Below, one piece after another: positions 20,115-30,300 of a stretch of 64,000 nt of DNA. The DNA is from an uncultured Candidatus Actinomarina sp. (GTDB taxonomy: Bacteria; Actinomycetota; Acidimicrobiia; Actinomarinales; Actinomarinaceae), in the NCBI GenBank assembly GCA_902625455.1, contig CACOBL010000003.1, positions 406-64,405 on the forward strand, written 5' to 3'. Both the position numbers and the translations under genes were made by a program. Position 1 is the first letter of the stretch, and each line of letters begins with the position of its first letter. The notes beneath the pieces are model-generated. The model was not told the DNA's origin. It was given only the letters and a program-made list of their open reading frames with translations, and searched no databases.

Positions 20115-21200
20115 GCAAAGTTAACAACTTCAATGAGAGATTGATTTCTGCAAAGGGGTATCTTTGACTTTGAAAACAAAAAAAAGAAGCTTGATCAATT
20201 AAATCTAGAGATAAATAAAAAAGGATTCTGGGATAATACGCAGTATGCCCAAAAGGTATCAATTGAAGCTTCTACTATAGAAAAATTGATAACGTCTTTA
20301 AGCAGTTTAGAAAATGACCTCATAGAGCTCAAAGAATTAATCGAGCTTACTGAAGAAGAAAATATCAATGAAAAAGACTATCAAGATGAAATAAACAAAT
20401 TAGAAAATCTGATTGAGGAGATTGAAGACGAAGCACTTTATTTCGATAAGTATGATGACTTGAATGCAGTTTTGACTATCAATGCAGGTGCTGGTGGAGT
20501 TGACGCTCATGACTGGGCTGAGATGCTTTTAAGAATGTATACAAGACACCTTTCAAGCAATAATATAGATCATCAGATTGAAGAAATATCTCAGGGCGAA
20601 GAAGCGGGAATTAAGTCAGCATCTATAAGGATCAATGGATTTAGAGCATATGCAAATTTAGAGAGTGAAAGAGGAGTTCATAGATTAGTAAGAATTAGCC
20701 CTTTTGATAGTAATAAAAGAAGACACACTAGTTTTGCAGGAGTAGATGTGATTCCTTTAATTGAAAATAATGACGAAATTAATATTCAAGATGATGAAAT
20801 AAGAATTGATGTTTATAGATCTTCTGGAGCTGGAGGACAGCATGTAAATACTACAGATTCAGCTGTTCGAATTACACATATTGATTCTGGACTAGTTGTG
20901 GCTTGTCAAGCAGAAAGATCTCAGCTTCAAAATAAAACAAGAGCATTGGAACTTTTAAAGACAAAATTATTGTTAAAAAAAAGAGAAGATGAATTGAAAA
21001 AATTGAATGAAATAAGAGGAGATCAGCACGAGGCTGGATGGGGTAGGCAAATTAGGTCTTATGTACTTCAACCATATCAGCAAGTAAAAGATGCTAGAAA
21101 CAGTGTTGAGGTAGGCAATGTACAGAATGTTCTTGATGGAGATATTTCCATATTCATTAAAGAGTACCTAAAATGGCGTAGACAGGGAATAAATGATTAA
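20096..21200 (+). CDS. prfB: Peptide chain release factor 2 with programmed +1 frameshift (23-codon ORF0 from ATG 20096, continuing at GAC 20166)
   Basis: ORF0 MYKEILSKVNNFNERLISAKGYL ends in CTT-TGA-C. The +1 frame DFENKKKKLDQ...FWDN joins the tracked ORF with SPF, GGQ and WGRQIRSYV. Confidence 0.95.
20153..20168 (+). promoter_or_regulatory. RF2 autoregulatory frameshift cassette (internal SD + CTT TGA C)
   Basis: AAGGGG-TAT-CTT-TGA-C matches the classical prfB signal. Confidence 0.95.
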
Positions 21201-21876
21201 GTTAGATAATGTTTCATTAGTATTTCAAGGTGGAAGTGTTGCACTTTCAAATATAAGTACGACTATAAACGAAGGAGAATTTGTTTATCTTGTTGGTCAC
21301 TCTGGAAGCGGAAAGTCTTCTTTTCTTAAACTTTTATATAAGGAGTACATTTCTACAAAAGGAAATATTGAAGTTGCAGGACTCGATGTTGTTCAATTGC
21401 CTAGATGGAAGACACCACTGTTAAGAAGAAAACTTGGAATTGTTACTCAAGAGCCTCAACTATTAGAAAAGAGAAATACCTACGAAAATATAGCCTTTGC
21501 TTTAGAAGTCATGGGAACTCCAAATGATGAAATCGAATCTAAAACAAATACCTTATTAGATCTTGTAGAGCTGAATGAAAATGCTTTTAAATATCCAGAC
21601 CAACTTTCCGGTGGTGAACAAACAAGAGTAAGTATTGCAAGGTCATTAGCTAACAATCCGCTTGTCCTTTTATGTGATGAGCCTACAGGTAATCTTGATC
21701 CTGAATTGAGTATCCAAATAGTTTCTTTGCTTGAAAAAATCAATAGAGCCGGAACAACAGTTGTTATGGCTACACATGATTCTTCAATCGTGAATAGAAG
21801 AAAAAAACGAGTTATTGAACTTGCAAACGGAAAAATTGCTAGAGACGAAAGTGAAGGAAGTTACATTCTTAGGTAG
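21193..21876 (+). CDS. ftsE: Cell division ABC ATPase FtsE
   Basis: GHSGSGKS, QLSGGEQ, LLCDEPTGNLDP and GTTVVMATHD motifs; position after prfB. Confidence 0.93.
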   Translation: MIKLDNVSLVFQGGSVALSNISTTINEGEFVYLVGHSGSGKSSFLKLLYKEYISTKGNIEVAGLDVVQLPRWKTPLLRRKLGIVTQEPQLLEKRNTYENIAFALEVMGTPNDEIESKTNTLLDLVELNENAFKYPDQLSGGEQTRVSIARSLANNPLVLLCDEPTGNLDPELSIQIVSLLEKINRAGTTVVMATHDSSIVNRRKKRVIELANGKIARDESEGSYILR

Positions 21877-21879
21877 GTC

Positions 21880-22755
21880 ATGAACAAATTTTCATATGTC
21901 ATAAAAAATACAATTCTTAATATGAGAAGAACTCCTTTACTGGTTTTTGCAACAATAATTGCTGTATTGGTATCTAGCTTTTTAGTTTTTACAACCCTTT
22001 CTGCTAGGTCTATTGTTCAAAACAACACAGTTAGATGGCAAAATGGTACACATGTTGTAATTTTTCTTGACGACAGGGTTACCACTACAGCACATAAACA
22101 ATTACAAGAGTCACTAGAAACTTACCCAGAGATTAGAACTGTTGAATATTTTACTAAATCTGAAGCGGAGGAAGAATTTAAAATATTATTCAAAGATCAA
22201 CCAGAATTATTAAGTGAAGTAGATTATGAAAAACTACCATCGTCATTAAGGGTAAATCTTAATGATCCATCCGATTATGAATTAATAATTGAGAGGATGG
22301 ATGGTAATCCAGCAGTTAAGGAAATAAGGACAAGTGGTGAAGCAATAGAAAGATTACTAAGCTTGACCAATACCTTAGTAATTTCAGCATCAACATTTGC
22401 ATTACTTATAGGTTTTGCAGCATTTATTCTTATTATCAATACATTAAGGCTTGCCGCGTATTCGAAGAAAAAAGAAATAAAAATAATGAGATTAGTTGGT
22501 GCATCCTCGACTTACATTAGATTGCCATTTATTTTTGAAGCAGTTTTCGAATCTTTAATTGGAACTAGTATTGCTGTTGGTCTTGGGTGGGGAATAATTG
22601 AGTATTCTAAAAATTCGATAGTAGCTGAAAGCATTTTCGACATAACAATTTCTGATAGTTATTTAATTTACTTAACTTTGGTTCTACTATTGTCCTCAAT
22701 AATTTTTGGATTGTTTGCTTCTTTTGTCGGCATAAGGAAAGTATTAAATGATTAG
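21880..22755 (+). CDS. ftsX: Cell division permease FtsX
   Basis: 4 TM plus extracellular loop; IINTLRL..YS.KKEI.IMRLVGA...YIRLPF.FE. Confidence 0.93.
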   Translation: MNKFSYVIKNTILNMRRTPLLVFATIIAVLVSSFLVFTTLSARSIVQNNTVRWQNGTHVVIFLDDRVTTTAHKQLQESLETYPEIRTVEYFTKSEAEEEFKILFKDQPELLSEVDYEKLPSSLRVNLNDPSDYELIIERMDGNPAVKEIRTSGEAIERLLSLTNTLVISASTFALLIGFAAFILIINTLRLAAYSKKKEIKIMRLVGASSTYIRLPFIFEAVFESLIGTSIAVGLGWGIIEYSKNSIVAESIFDITISDSYLIYLTLVLLLSSIIFGLFASFVGIRKVLND

Positions 22756-24121
22756 AAGGTTTTTAACTCTTTCACTGCCAATATTTCTAGTTTTGACTTT
22801 AATGTTTCCAACGAATTCGATGGCTATAACTGCAGAAGATAGATTGATAGAAGTAGAGAGACAATTACAGGCAATCGCTGAGCAAATCAGCAACTACGAA
22901 GGTCAACTTACTGATCTTGAAAATGCTATTTTGGAAAACGATAAAGATTTGCAACAAGTCAACCAAGAACTTTCTGAAGTACAATCAAGGCTGTCTGCTG
23001 CTGAAAGGGAATTAGAAAAAGCATTAGAGAATTACGATGGAACTTTAAATGACTTGGCTGAAGTTCAGCAGACTATTGTTCAAGAACAAACAAAACTTGG
23101 AAAAATTAAAAATGAAATATCTAATGTATCTGACGAATTGTTTGAAACTCAAAAAAACTTGGTAGAAGCAGATGATAAGTTACAAGAACAAGCTGTAAGC
23201 CTCTACATTAATGGTGTTATGAGTCCGACAACAGCGTTATTTGTTGAATTAGATGAATTATCAAGATTTCTTGTTGCTTTAGGTTATGCTTCTACAATTG
23301 TTGACTCAGCCTATGAGATTGTTGAGCAACTGAATGCTTTAAAAAATCTTGCTTCAACTCAGACAATATTTTTGACTCAAAGAGAAGAAGAAAGAGAAGA
23401 AATTGTAAATCTTTTACAAAATGAGGAGACAAGAAAAACTGAAATTTCTGTTGAAGCTGAAGAATTTGCTGAAGAAGTAGAGGAGAAAAAAGAAACTGTA
23501 GAAAGAGAGAAAAGGCAAGTTGAGGCTAAAAAATCTCAGGTTCTTAGAGCTAGGCAAAATGCTCAAAGTTTATTAAATCAAGCTAATAAAGAATTAGAAA
23601 AGTTGGATAAAGAACATGCTGATTTAGAAAAACTTGAAGATGCAATCCAGGCAGATATAGAAAGGCTAAGTAGTGTAGGAGGTGTTGCGCCAAATAAACT
23701 AAGCTGGCCAGTAACAACAGGATATGTTTCTAGTGGATACAAATGGAGAAGACTTGGAGGAACAACTAGTTTTCATGGTGCTATTGATATAGCAGCAAGT
23801 AGAGGTACCACAATTAAGGCTGCAGCAGGTGGTGTAGTTATTCTTGCAAGATATTATGGCCTTGCCGGAAGGACTGTATTTATCGACCACGGTGGAGGAA
23901 TGACTACTTTATATTTTCATATGGATAAAATTTTAGTTTCAGTTGGTCAAACCGTAGTGACAGGTGACCAAATAGGAACAGTTGGATCTACAGGACGTTC
24001 TACAGGACCACATTTACATTTTGAAGTAAGATTAAAAAATCCAAGTTCGGCTAATTGTTCACTACCTTACCTAGATCCAACTTCTAGAGGTAGAGTCAAT
24101 CCTTATTGTTTTCTAGATTGA
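22748..24121 (+). CDS. Coiled-coil M23 peptidase (EnvC/RipC-like FtsEX partner)
   Basis: Signal peptide, long coiled coil, FHGAIDI, GRTVFIDH, TLYFHM and TGRSTGPHLHFEVR motifs. Confidence 0.88.
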   Translation: MIRRFLTLSLPIFLVLTLMFPTNSMAITAEDRLIEVERQLQAIAEQISNYEGQLTDLENAILENDKDLQQVNQELSEVQSRLSAAERELEKALENYDGTLNDLAEVQQTIVQEQTKLGKIKNEISNVSDELFETQKNLVEADDKLQEQAVSLYINGVMSPTTALFVELDELSRFLVALGYASTIVDSAYEIVEQLNALKNLASTQTIFLTQREEEREEIVNLLQNEETRKTEISVEAEEFAEEVEEKKETVEREKRQVEAKKSQVLRARQNAQSLLNQANKELEKLDKEHADLEKLEDAIQADIERLSSVGGVAPNKLSWPVTTGYVSSGYKWRRLGGTTSFHGAIDIAASRGTTIKAAAGGVVILARYYGLAGRTVFIDHGGGMTTLYFHMDKILVSVGQTVVTGDQIGTVGSTGRSTGPHLHFEVRLKNPSSANCSLPYLDPTSRGRVNPYCFLD

Positions 24122-24552
24122 TGAAAGTATTTGCAGAAAATAGAAAAGCCAGAAATTCATATGAATTTCAAGAATTTTATCAAGCTGGAATAGTCTTGAC
24201 TGGTCCAGAAACAAAGAGTGTTAGAACAGGTGCTGTTTCAATTGTTGATGCATTCGCAATAATTGAAAACGAGGAGGCATTTCTTATGGAAATGAACATT
24301 GAGCCATATAAATATGCAGATCAAATTGATTATAATCCAAAAAATCAAAGAAAACTTTTACTTCATAAAGGTGAAATAAAAAAACTAATTGGCTTAACTT
24401 CCCAAAAAGGATTTACATTAATTGCTACAAAGATATTTGAAAAAAATGGATATATTAAAGTTGAGCTTGCTTTGGCTAGAGGCAAAAAAGATTATGATAA
24501 AAGAAAAAAACTTATTGAAAAACAGCATAAAAAAGAAATTAAGAACTATTAA
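24121..24552 (+). CDS. smpB: SsrA-binding protein (true start ATG 24121)
   Basis: ENRKARNSY, AGIVLTGPETKS, RKLLLHKGEI and LARGKKDYDKR motifs. Confidence 0.96.
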   Translation: MKVFAENRKARNSYEFQEFYQAGIVLTGPETKSVRTGAVSIVDAFAIIENEEAFLMEMNIEPYKYADQIDYNPKNQRKLLLHKGEIKKLIGLTSQKGFTLIATKIFEKNGYIKVELALARGKKDYDKRKKLIEKQHKKEIKNY

Positions 24553-26068
24553 AAACTTTCTCAGTGCCTACTCTTACATCACAAACACCTTCAAAATTTC
24601 CATCATCTTTTTTATAAATAATTGAAATAGGACCATAAGCCTTGTTGAATTTATTATCTACTTCAACTTCATGCCCTTTTTGAAGTAAAATTTCTAAATC
24701 CTCATTATTAATTTTTTCGAATCTCAATTTTGATAATGTGTCATTAGAAAAATTTTCTATTACCCATCTCGGTTCTTTAATTATTTTTTCAAAGGAATCT
24801 GAATTTTTGATATAAGGAAGTATTGTTTGAATTAATAGTTGAGGCTGATATCTCCCGCCTCTAGTTCCAGCTATAAATTCTAAATTTCCATTTTTAGACC
24901 ATATTGTTGGTGAAAGAGTATGAAGGGGTTTTCTTCCAGGTGTTAAATAATTTGGGTGATCCAAGTCTAGATTGAATCCACATCCTCTGTTATGTAGGAA
25001 AAATCCAAAACTTTCTACGCCTATCCTGCTTCCAATTCCGTGAAAATTAGATTGTATAAGTGAAACCCCTAATCCGTTTTTATCAACGGTGTTCATATAC
25101 GCTGTTCCTCCACCATGTGGTTTAGGAAAATCAAATTTTTCAGATTGGTTGGGATTAAATAGCTTTATTTTTTCTTGTATGTAATTTAGATCAACTCCTT
25201 TAAAATCTTCAATATTTTTCCCATAATCGTAAGTAATATTGTCTCGATCAGCAGCAAAAATTCTATATGTCTCAATAACTTTATGTATATCATCGTGTTC
25301 AGCACTTAACATCTCAATTGCTTTTAATGTTGATAAAGTAAGATAACCCTGTGTAGATGGTGGTGATGTCCATCCATCGAATCCATAAATATTTGCGTGT
25401 AAAGGTTTTTTCCATTCAGCTTTATAATTTCTCAAATCATCCAACGATAATATTCCATTAACACTTGAAGAGATTGATTTTGAAATTTCACTATCATAAA
25501 AATATTCCAGGCCATTTCTTTTTAACAGCTCTAGAGTTTTTCCTAATTGAGGACGCCTTAAAAGCACACCTTTTTCAAAAGGCTGGTTATCTCTATAAAA
25601 TCCATAACCAGAGGACTGGCCGCTAAGTTCTTCTTTATGTAAGGTAAGTGAATTATAGAGTTCTTCGTTGATTTCAAAACCTTCGTGGCATAAATCTATT
25701 CCAAGATCTAGGATATCTTTTATTTTTAGATTTCCATATTTTTTACTAAGTTCTATCCATCCTGCAACTGCACCGGGAACAGTTACTGATACGGGATGAT
25801 TTAATGGTATAGACTCCACATTTTTTAAATCATCAGGATTTGCAAAAGATCCAGCATATCCAGAAGCATCCAGAAAATCGGGTTCATTTTTTGATGGGTC
25901 CCAAACTAGCGCAAATAAGTCTCCACCAATACCACAAGTTTCTGGTGCTACGATACCTTGAATAAGATTAGTTGCAATAGCAGCATCAACTGCATTTCCA
26001 CCTTTGTTGTATATTTGAGATGCAATATCAGTAGATAAATAGTGAGGGGAGACAATTATGTTATTCAT
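24539..26068 (-). CDS. ggt: Gamma-glutamyltransferase family protein
   Basis: GGNAVDAAIA, CGIGGDLFAL, VTVPGAVAGW, nucleophile GTAYM, QSNF, NRG and PGRKPLHTLSP motifs. Confidence 0.9.
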   Translation of the reverse strand: MNNIIVSPHYLSTDIASQIYNKGGNAVDAAIATNLIQGIVAPETCGIGGDLFALVWDPSKNEPDFLDASGYAGSFANPDDLKNVESIPLNHPVSVTVPGAVAGWIELSKKYGNLKIKDILDLGIDLCHEGFEINEELYNSLTLHKEELSGQSSGYGFYRDNQPFEKGVLLRRPQLGKTLELLKRNGLEYFYDSEISKSISSSVNGILSLDDLRNYKAEWKKPLHANIYGFDGWTSPPSTQGYLTLSTLKAIEMLSAEHDDIHKVIETYRIFAADRDNITYDYGKNIEDFKGVDLNYIQEKIKLFNPNQSEKFDFPKPHGGGTAYMNTVDKNGLGVSLIQSNFHGIGSRIGVESFGFFLHNRGCGFNLDLDHPNYLTPGRKPLHTLSPTIWSKNGNLEFIAGTRGGRYQPQLLIQTILPYIKNSDSFEKIIKEPRWVIENFSNDTLSKLRFEKINNEDLEILLQKGHEVEVDNKFNKAYGPISIIYKKDDGNFEGVCDVRVGTEKVFNSS

Positions 26069-26075
26069 ATTGATA

Positions 26076-26081
26076 ATTATA
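26076..26081 (-). promoter_or_regulatory. -10 box TATAAT for a leaderless ggt transcript
   Basis: Perfect TATAAT 7 nt before the ATG at 26068; no SD. Confidence 0.6.
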
Positions 26082-26165
26082 AGTAATTTTTACTATATAT
26101 TTCCTTTGAAAGTTACTCGTATAAATTCAACAACTATAAACTTATAAAACAATAAGGAGTTATTA

Positions 26166-26474
26166 ATGAAAGATATAAACGCGCAAGAATACAGTGAATT
26201 ATTAAATTCAGATTCACCAGTTGTTATAGATTTTCACGCAACATGGTGTGGTCCATGCAAAGTTTTAAGTCCAATCCTTGAAGAGTTATCAAGCGAAGTT
26301 GAAGGAGTCGAGTTTGTAAAGCTAGATGTAGATCAACATCCAGATATCGCAGGAGCTAATGGAGTTATGGGAGTGCCAACAGTAGTTATGTTAAAAGGTG
26401 GAGAAGTTAAAGAACGATTTGTTGGCGTTCAGCCAAAAGAAGTAATTAAAGAAAAAGTTTCCGCTTTAATCTAA
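26166..26474 (+). CDS. trxA: Thioredoxin
   Basis: FHATWCGPCK; SD AAGGAG upstream. Confidence 0.96.
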   Translation: MKDINAQEYSELLNSDSPVVIDFHATWCGPCKVLSPILEELSSEVEGVEFVKLDVDQHPDIAGANGVMGVPTVVMLKGGEVKERFVGVQPKEVIKEKVSALI

Positions 26475-26475
26475 A

Positions 26476-26757
26476 TTGCTTCGAGTAGTTTTATTTTTAC
26501 AAGTCTTAACCTTATCTTTACTGATAGGTGCAGGAATATACTTTTACAATTATGTTCAGGTAATCAATTCTGAAATTGAGACTGTGATGTCTGTAATTCA
26601 AGACATTCAAGCATTACTTCCAAAACTAAACGCTACTGCAGATGCTGTTTCTTCATTACAATCACAATTTGGAGAAGCATTCAAAACTCTCAGTGATCTG
26701 TCATTATTTTTTAATAACTTTCTTGAGTTATTTAGTCAATTACAAGGAAATTCCTAG
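26476..26757 (+). CDS. Hypothetical single-TM coiled-coil protein
   Basis: N-terminal hydrophobic helix then amphipathic helix; packed between trxA and the glutaredoxin-like gene. Confidence 0.55.
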   Translation: MLRVVLFLQVLTLSLLIGAGIYFYNYVQVINSEIETVMSVIQDIQALLPKLNATADAVSSLQSQFGEAFKTLSDLSLFFNNFLELFSQLQGNS

Positions 26758-26759
26758 CA

Positions 26760-27008
26760 ATGAATATTAAATTTTATACTACTGACTGGTGTGGGGATTG
26801 TGTACGCTCTAAAGCCTTACTTAACAAGTTGAATGTAGATTTCGAGGAAATAAATGTAGATATAAACTCAGAAGCAAATGAATACATTACAAAATTACAA
26901 AAAAATCAGAGAAGAATCCCAACTATTGTATTTGAGGATGATACTTTTCTAGTTGAGCCATCTGATGTTGAATTAGAAAATAAATTAAAACAATTAAATT
27001 ATATTTAA
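26760..27008 (+). CDS. Glutaredoxin-like protein (mycoredoxin/NrdH type)
   Basis: YTTDWCGDC, RRIPTIVFED and EPS motifs. Confidence 0.82.
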   Translation: MNIKFYTTDWCGDCVRSKALLNKLNVDFEEINVDINSEANEYITKLQKNQRRIPTIVFEDDTFLVEPSDVELENKLKQLNYI

Positions 27009-27068
27009 TTTTAAAACTTTGTTTATTAATCATTTGAATACAGACTTAAGATAGAATTAAATTTTATT

Positions 27069-27992
27069 ATGAAAATACTTATCTGTGATAACTTAAATGA
27101 ACAAGTTTATAAAGAGCTTGAAATTATTGGTGACTGCATAGACATATCAAAATCTGAATCAAAAAAAGAAGATTTAATTAAACACATAAATGATTGTGAA
27201 ATTGTAGTGATAAGAAGCGCCACAAAATTAACAAAAGAAATTTTAAAAAATGCAAACCAGCTAAAAATAATAGCTAGATGTGGTGTTGGAGTTGACAATA
27301 TTGATTTAGATTTTGCAAAATCTAGAAATATTTTTGTTACTAATTCCCCCTCAGCAAATTTAATATCTGCAGTTGAATTAACAATTGCTTTAATAATAAG
27401 TGCATCAAGAAAGCTAATCCTTGCTGATGAGCACCTTAAGAATGGTGAGTGGAACAAATCAAAATTTTTAGGTTATGAGCTTCATGGAAAAACATTAGGA
27501 ATAGTTGGCTTTGGTAAAGCTGGACGTTTGGTGGCAGAAAGAATGAAAAGTTTTGGTATGTCAATTGTATTTTATGATCCATACGTAACAGATTGGAGTG
27601 GGCCAGAGAAAAGCTTAGAGCTTGATGATCTTCTTAAAACTTCAGACGTAGTTTCTATTCATGTAATAAAGACTAAAGACACAGAAAATATAATTTCTAG
27701 AGATAAGCTAGATTTACTTAAACATGGTTCGATAATTGTCAATACCTCAAGAGGCGGTGTTCTAGATGAAGATTACTTACTTGAACTACTAAAATCGGAA
27801 AAAATTTATGGTGCTGGTCTAGATGTATATTCAATTGAACCACCAGAAAATGTAGAGCAATATAGAGGTTTAAATCTAGTTACCACTCCACATATTGGTG
27901 CATCCACAAATGAAGCACAACTCAAAGCTGGTTTAGAAACTGTAGAAAATATAAAAAAAATCTTGGCTGGTGACGAATCTGTAGCAATTTAA
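27069..27992 (+). CDS. D-3-phosphoglycerate dehydrogenase-like 2-hydroxyacid dehydrogenase (no ACT domain)
   Basis: IRSATK, RCGVGVDNID, GIVGFGKAG, NTSRGG, GLDVY..EP and TPHIGASTNEAQ motifs. Confidence 0.85.
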   Translation: MKILICDNLNEQVYKELEIIGDCIDISKSESKKEDLIKHINDCEIVVIRSATKLTKEILKNANQLKIIARCGVGVDNIDLDFAKSRNIFVTNSPSANLISAVELTIALIISASRKLILADEHLKNGEWNKSKFLGYELHGKTLGIVGFGKAGRLVAERMKSFGMSIVFYDPYVTDWSGPEKSLELDDLLKTSDVVSIHVIKTKDTENIISRDKLDLLKHGSIIVNTSRGGVLDEDYLLELLKSEKIYGAGLDVYSIEPPENVEQYRGLNLVTTPHIGASTNEAQLKAGLETVENIKKILAGDESVAI

Positions 27993-28076
27993 ATAAAAAA
28001 AATTGTTGAAATAAAAATAAAACAGCACGATAATAAAATTACAATTTAGTTATTTAGGCTGGCACCAATAAATTAA

Positions 28077-29225
28077 CTAATTATCAAAATTGGCTTTTAT
28101 ATTTTCGTAAATCGGCCAACCATAGGGAACACATCCATCTGTCCCTTTACTTTGTTGCATCATAACTGGTGCTATTGCACCTTCTTTAGGACAACTTGTA
28201 TGTCCCCAGCCTAAAATATGGCCTGTTTCATGGTTTATAAGATACAATCTATAAGTTTCTAAATCTCTTAAAAAATCCCTGGCACCATTTTTCCATCTAA
28301 AATCATTAATCACTATATCTTTTTCATTTCTGCATGAATATATTCCATTTGTTTGCAAGGGGTAACAAAGTTCATCAGTAGTTTCAGGGGAAGCAAATAT
28401 ATATACAAAATCACTATTTTCAACACTTGTATGATGAAAACCTTTATTTGTTATATTTATCCAGCCTTTTTCATGATTAAGAATCAAGTTCAATATTCTT
28501 TTTATGCATTCAAAGTCAATATTTAGAGAAGACTCAACTTGAATTCCGTAATTAAATTTTTTGTCATCTCTTAAATTAAGAGTCTCAACTTCAATAATCT
28601 CAGAATTCTCCGCAGAATTTTCAATGCTTTCTAGATAACAACCGATTTTCAGGTCTTCTGTCCCTAAATCCTTAGATTTTGTAACAGACTCATCTGATAG
28701 AAATATTGCTGTTATATTTTCTTCTTGATTTTCTTTTATTCTTATTACTTCTTCAACTTCTGTTAGTTGTGATGTAAAAAAATTTACTTTTTCATTAATT
28801 GTTAACGTTGTAACAATATACAAAAATGTAGCTTCATCAATATTCGAGTAATTATTTTTGAAATAATTTAAAGTGTATTCATAATGTTCTAAGTATGTAG
28901 TCCTCTTATCATTTATGATTTTTAAAGAATTTTCCCACTCAGAAAGACATTCCTTTGTTAGGCTAAACCAGTTTCCAGTTTTAGAACATAAATCACTTAT
29001 GGCCTCAATAGAAGATGTTGTCTCCTGTTCAAAATCAAAATTTGGATAAATATATTTTTCAGTTTTAATCACAGGGGATGTTGTAGTAGTAGTAACTTCA
29101 ATTAATGTTGTTGTAGTTACTGCAACAGTTTCTTCAGAATCTCCACTGTTAAAAAAGTTTAAACCAAACACACTTATAGAAATTAAAAATAAAAAAAGTA
29201 GGAAGGTTTTAGTGTTTTGTTGCAT
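28077..29225 (-). CDS. Membrane-anchored DUF3152-type zinc metallopeptidase with Thr-rich linker
   Basis: N-terminal TM, TTTT tracts, IN..RW..GA, YR.YLINHETGHILGWGH..CP..G..APVMMQQS. Confidence 0.8.
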   Translation of the reverse strand: MQQNTKTFLLFLFLISISVFGLNFFNSGDSEETVAVTTTTLIEVTTTTTSPVIKTEKYIYPNFDFEQETTSSIEAISDLCSKTGNWFSLTKECLSEWENSLKIINDKRTTYLEHYEYTLNYFKNNYSNIDEATFLYIVTTLTINEKVNFFTSQLTEVEEVIRIKENQEENITAIFLSDESVTKSKDLGTEDLKIGCYLESIENSAENSEIIEVETLNLRDDKKFNYGIQVESSLNIDFECIKRILNLILNHEKGWINITNKGFHHTSVENSDFVYIFASPETTDELCYPLQTNGIYSCRNEKDIVINDFRWKNGARDFLRDLETYRLYLINHETGHILGWGHTSCPKEGAIAPVMMQQSKGTDGCVPYGWPIYENIKANFDN

Positions 29226-29265
29226 GTATATATGTTATAAGTACTTTAAATTCTTACAAAGAACT

Positions 29266-29826
29266 TTATTTTTTATAACCTATTTCGTCAATAAATTCTT
29301 CGGGCTCTAAGCCAAGTCCATCAGCAACCCTATTGATGTAATTAAAATATGAAATTACCTGAACTATTTCTGATATTGCTTTGTCATTGAACTTATTATT
29401 TTGTAATTCTTTGTAATCTAATTCAGTAATTTCTCCAGGTTTTAAAGTTAACTTTTCTGCAAATAAGCATAAAGCGATTTGTTCTTTTGTTAAGCTACTT
29501 GTTTTCCAGTCATTAGCAATTTCATCAACTAATTTTTGGTCTTTTGTCTCCGACCGGAGATCATATAAGTGAGCACGTATTCAGTATTCGCATTCATTTG
29601 AAATTGAAGTTATTACTGCAAGAAGTTCTCTATCAAAACGAGAGATTTCTAAATTTCCAAACATTGTAGAATTATATAATCGCATTGAATCTCTTAAAAT
29701 TTCTGGTGTTTGGGACTGAATTGTTAGTATATTCCAAATTCTTCCAGCTCTTCTCATGCCTTTTTCATACTCCTTTTTGAGAAGGCCAGTAGAGTCCTGA
29801 AATTTGAATAATTTAATAAATGCCAT
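29266..29826 (-). CDS. AhpD/CMD-like peroxidase-related protein, 186 aa, in-frame UGA at codon 82 (probable selenocysteine, CxxU)
   Basis: ELLAVITSISNECEY-UGA-IRAH...AEKLTLKPG...ISEIVQVISYFNYINRVADGLG. The frame stays open 104 codons past the UGA with no in-frame ATG/GTG/TTG. Confidence 0.85.
29545..29562 (-). promoter_or_regulatory. Putative bacterial SECIS hairpin
   Basis: UG(A)UCUCC-GGUC-GGAGA-CA. The loop starts 25 nt after the UGA and is built from GC-rich codons (CTC CGG TCG GAG) unusual for this AT-rich DNA. Confidence 0.75.
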
Positions 29827-29856
29827 ATTAATAATTTTTACTTAAAATAAGAGTGT

Positions 29857-30300
29857 ATGCAACTTCCAAATGAACTTAAACAAGCAATTGACAACAATGC
29901 TTTCTGTTCAATAGCAACCAAAGTCAACGAAAATGAGATTCAGAATCATCTAATGTGGGTTGATTACCAAGAAAACAAAATTCTTATTAATACAGAACAA
30001 GGAAGAAAAAAAACAGAAAATATCAGGCAGGAGCCAAATTTGTCAATTGTCATTTTTCACCCAACTGACATGTACACGAGCTGGGAAATAAGAGGTACTG
30101 TAAAAACAATAGTTAAAGACAATACTGCCAATGATCATATAGACTATTTATCAAATCGATACTTGGGCAAGCCTTATAAGCGTACAAAGGATATTACCTG
30201 GGAACAAGCAGGAATTAAATCTAGAGAAATATGGGAAGTTGAAGTAAGTAAAATTTTATCTATGGTGAGCAGACCTCAGGCAAAATCAGCTTCAGAGTAA
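29857..30300 (+). CDS. PPOX-class (split beta-barrel) probable F420-dependent oxidoreductase
   Basis: F.SIAT, MWVDY, INTEQGRKKTENI..EP..SI, EIRG.V and HIDYLS.RYLG motifs; cofD/cofE in the same window. Confidence 0.8.
   Translation: MQLPNELKQAIDNNAFCSIATKVNENEIQNHLMWVDYQENKILINTEQGRKKTENIRQEPNLSIVIFHPTDMYTSWEIRGTVKTIVKDNTANDHIDYLSNRYLGKPYKRTKDITWEQAGIKSREIWEVEVSKILSMVSRPQAKSASE

Noticed and set aside
20286-21200. prfB as a truncated gene or pseudogene
   Set aside because: The missing N-terminus is supplied by the canonical programmed frameshift.
28046-28080. Bulged hairpin TTAGTTA...TAACTAA between convergent serA-like and DUF3152 genes as a terminator or sRNA
   Set aside because: Almost entirely A-U pairs with two bulges; too weak to call without folding or RNA data.
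29581-29583. Genome-wide UGA reassignment (Trp or Gly) explaining the read-through
   Set aside because: TGA terminates several genes at their expected ends (e.g. 166, 24119, 37966, 38750, 41038, 61739), and Trp uses TGG.
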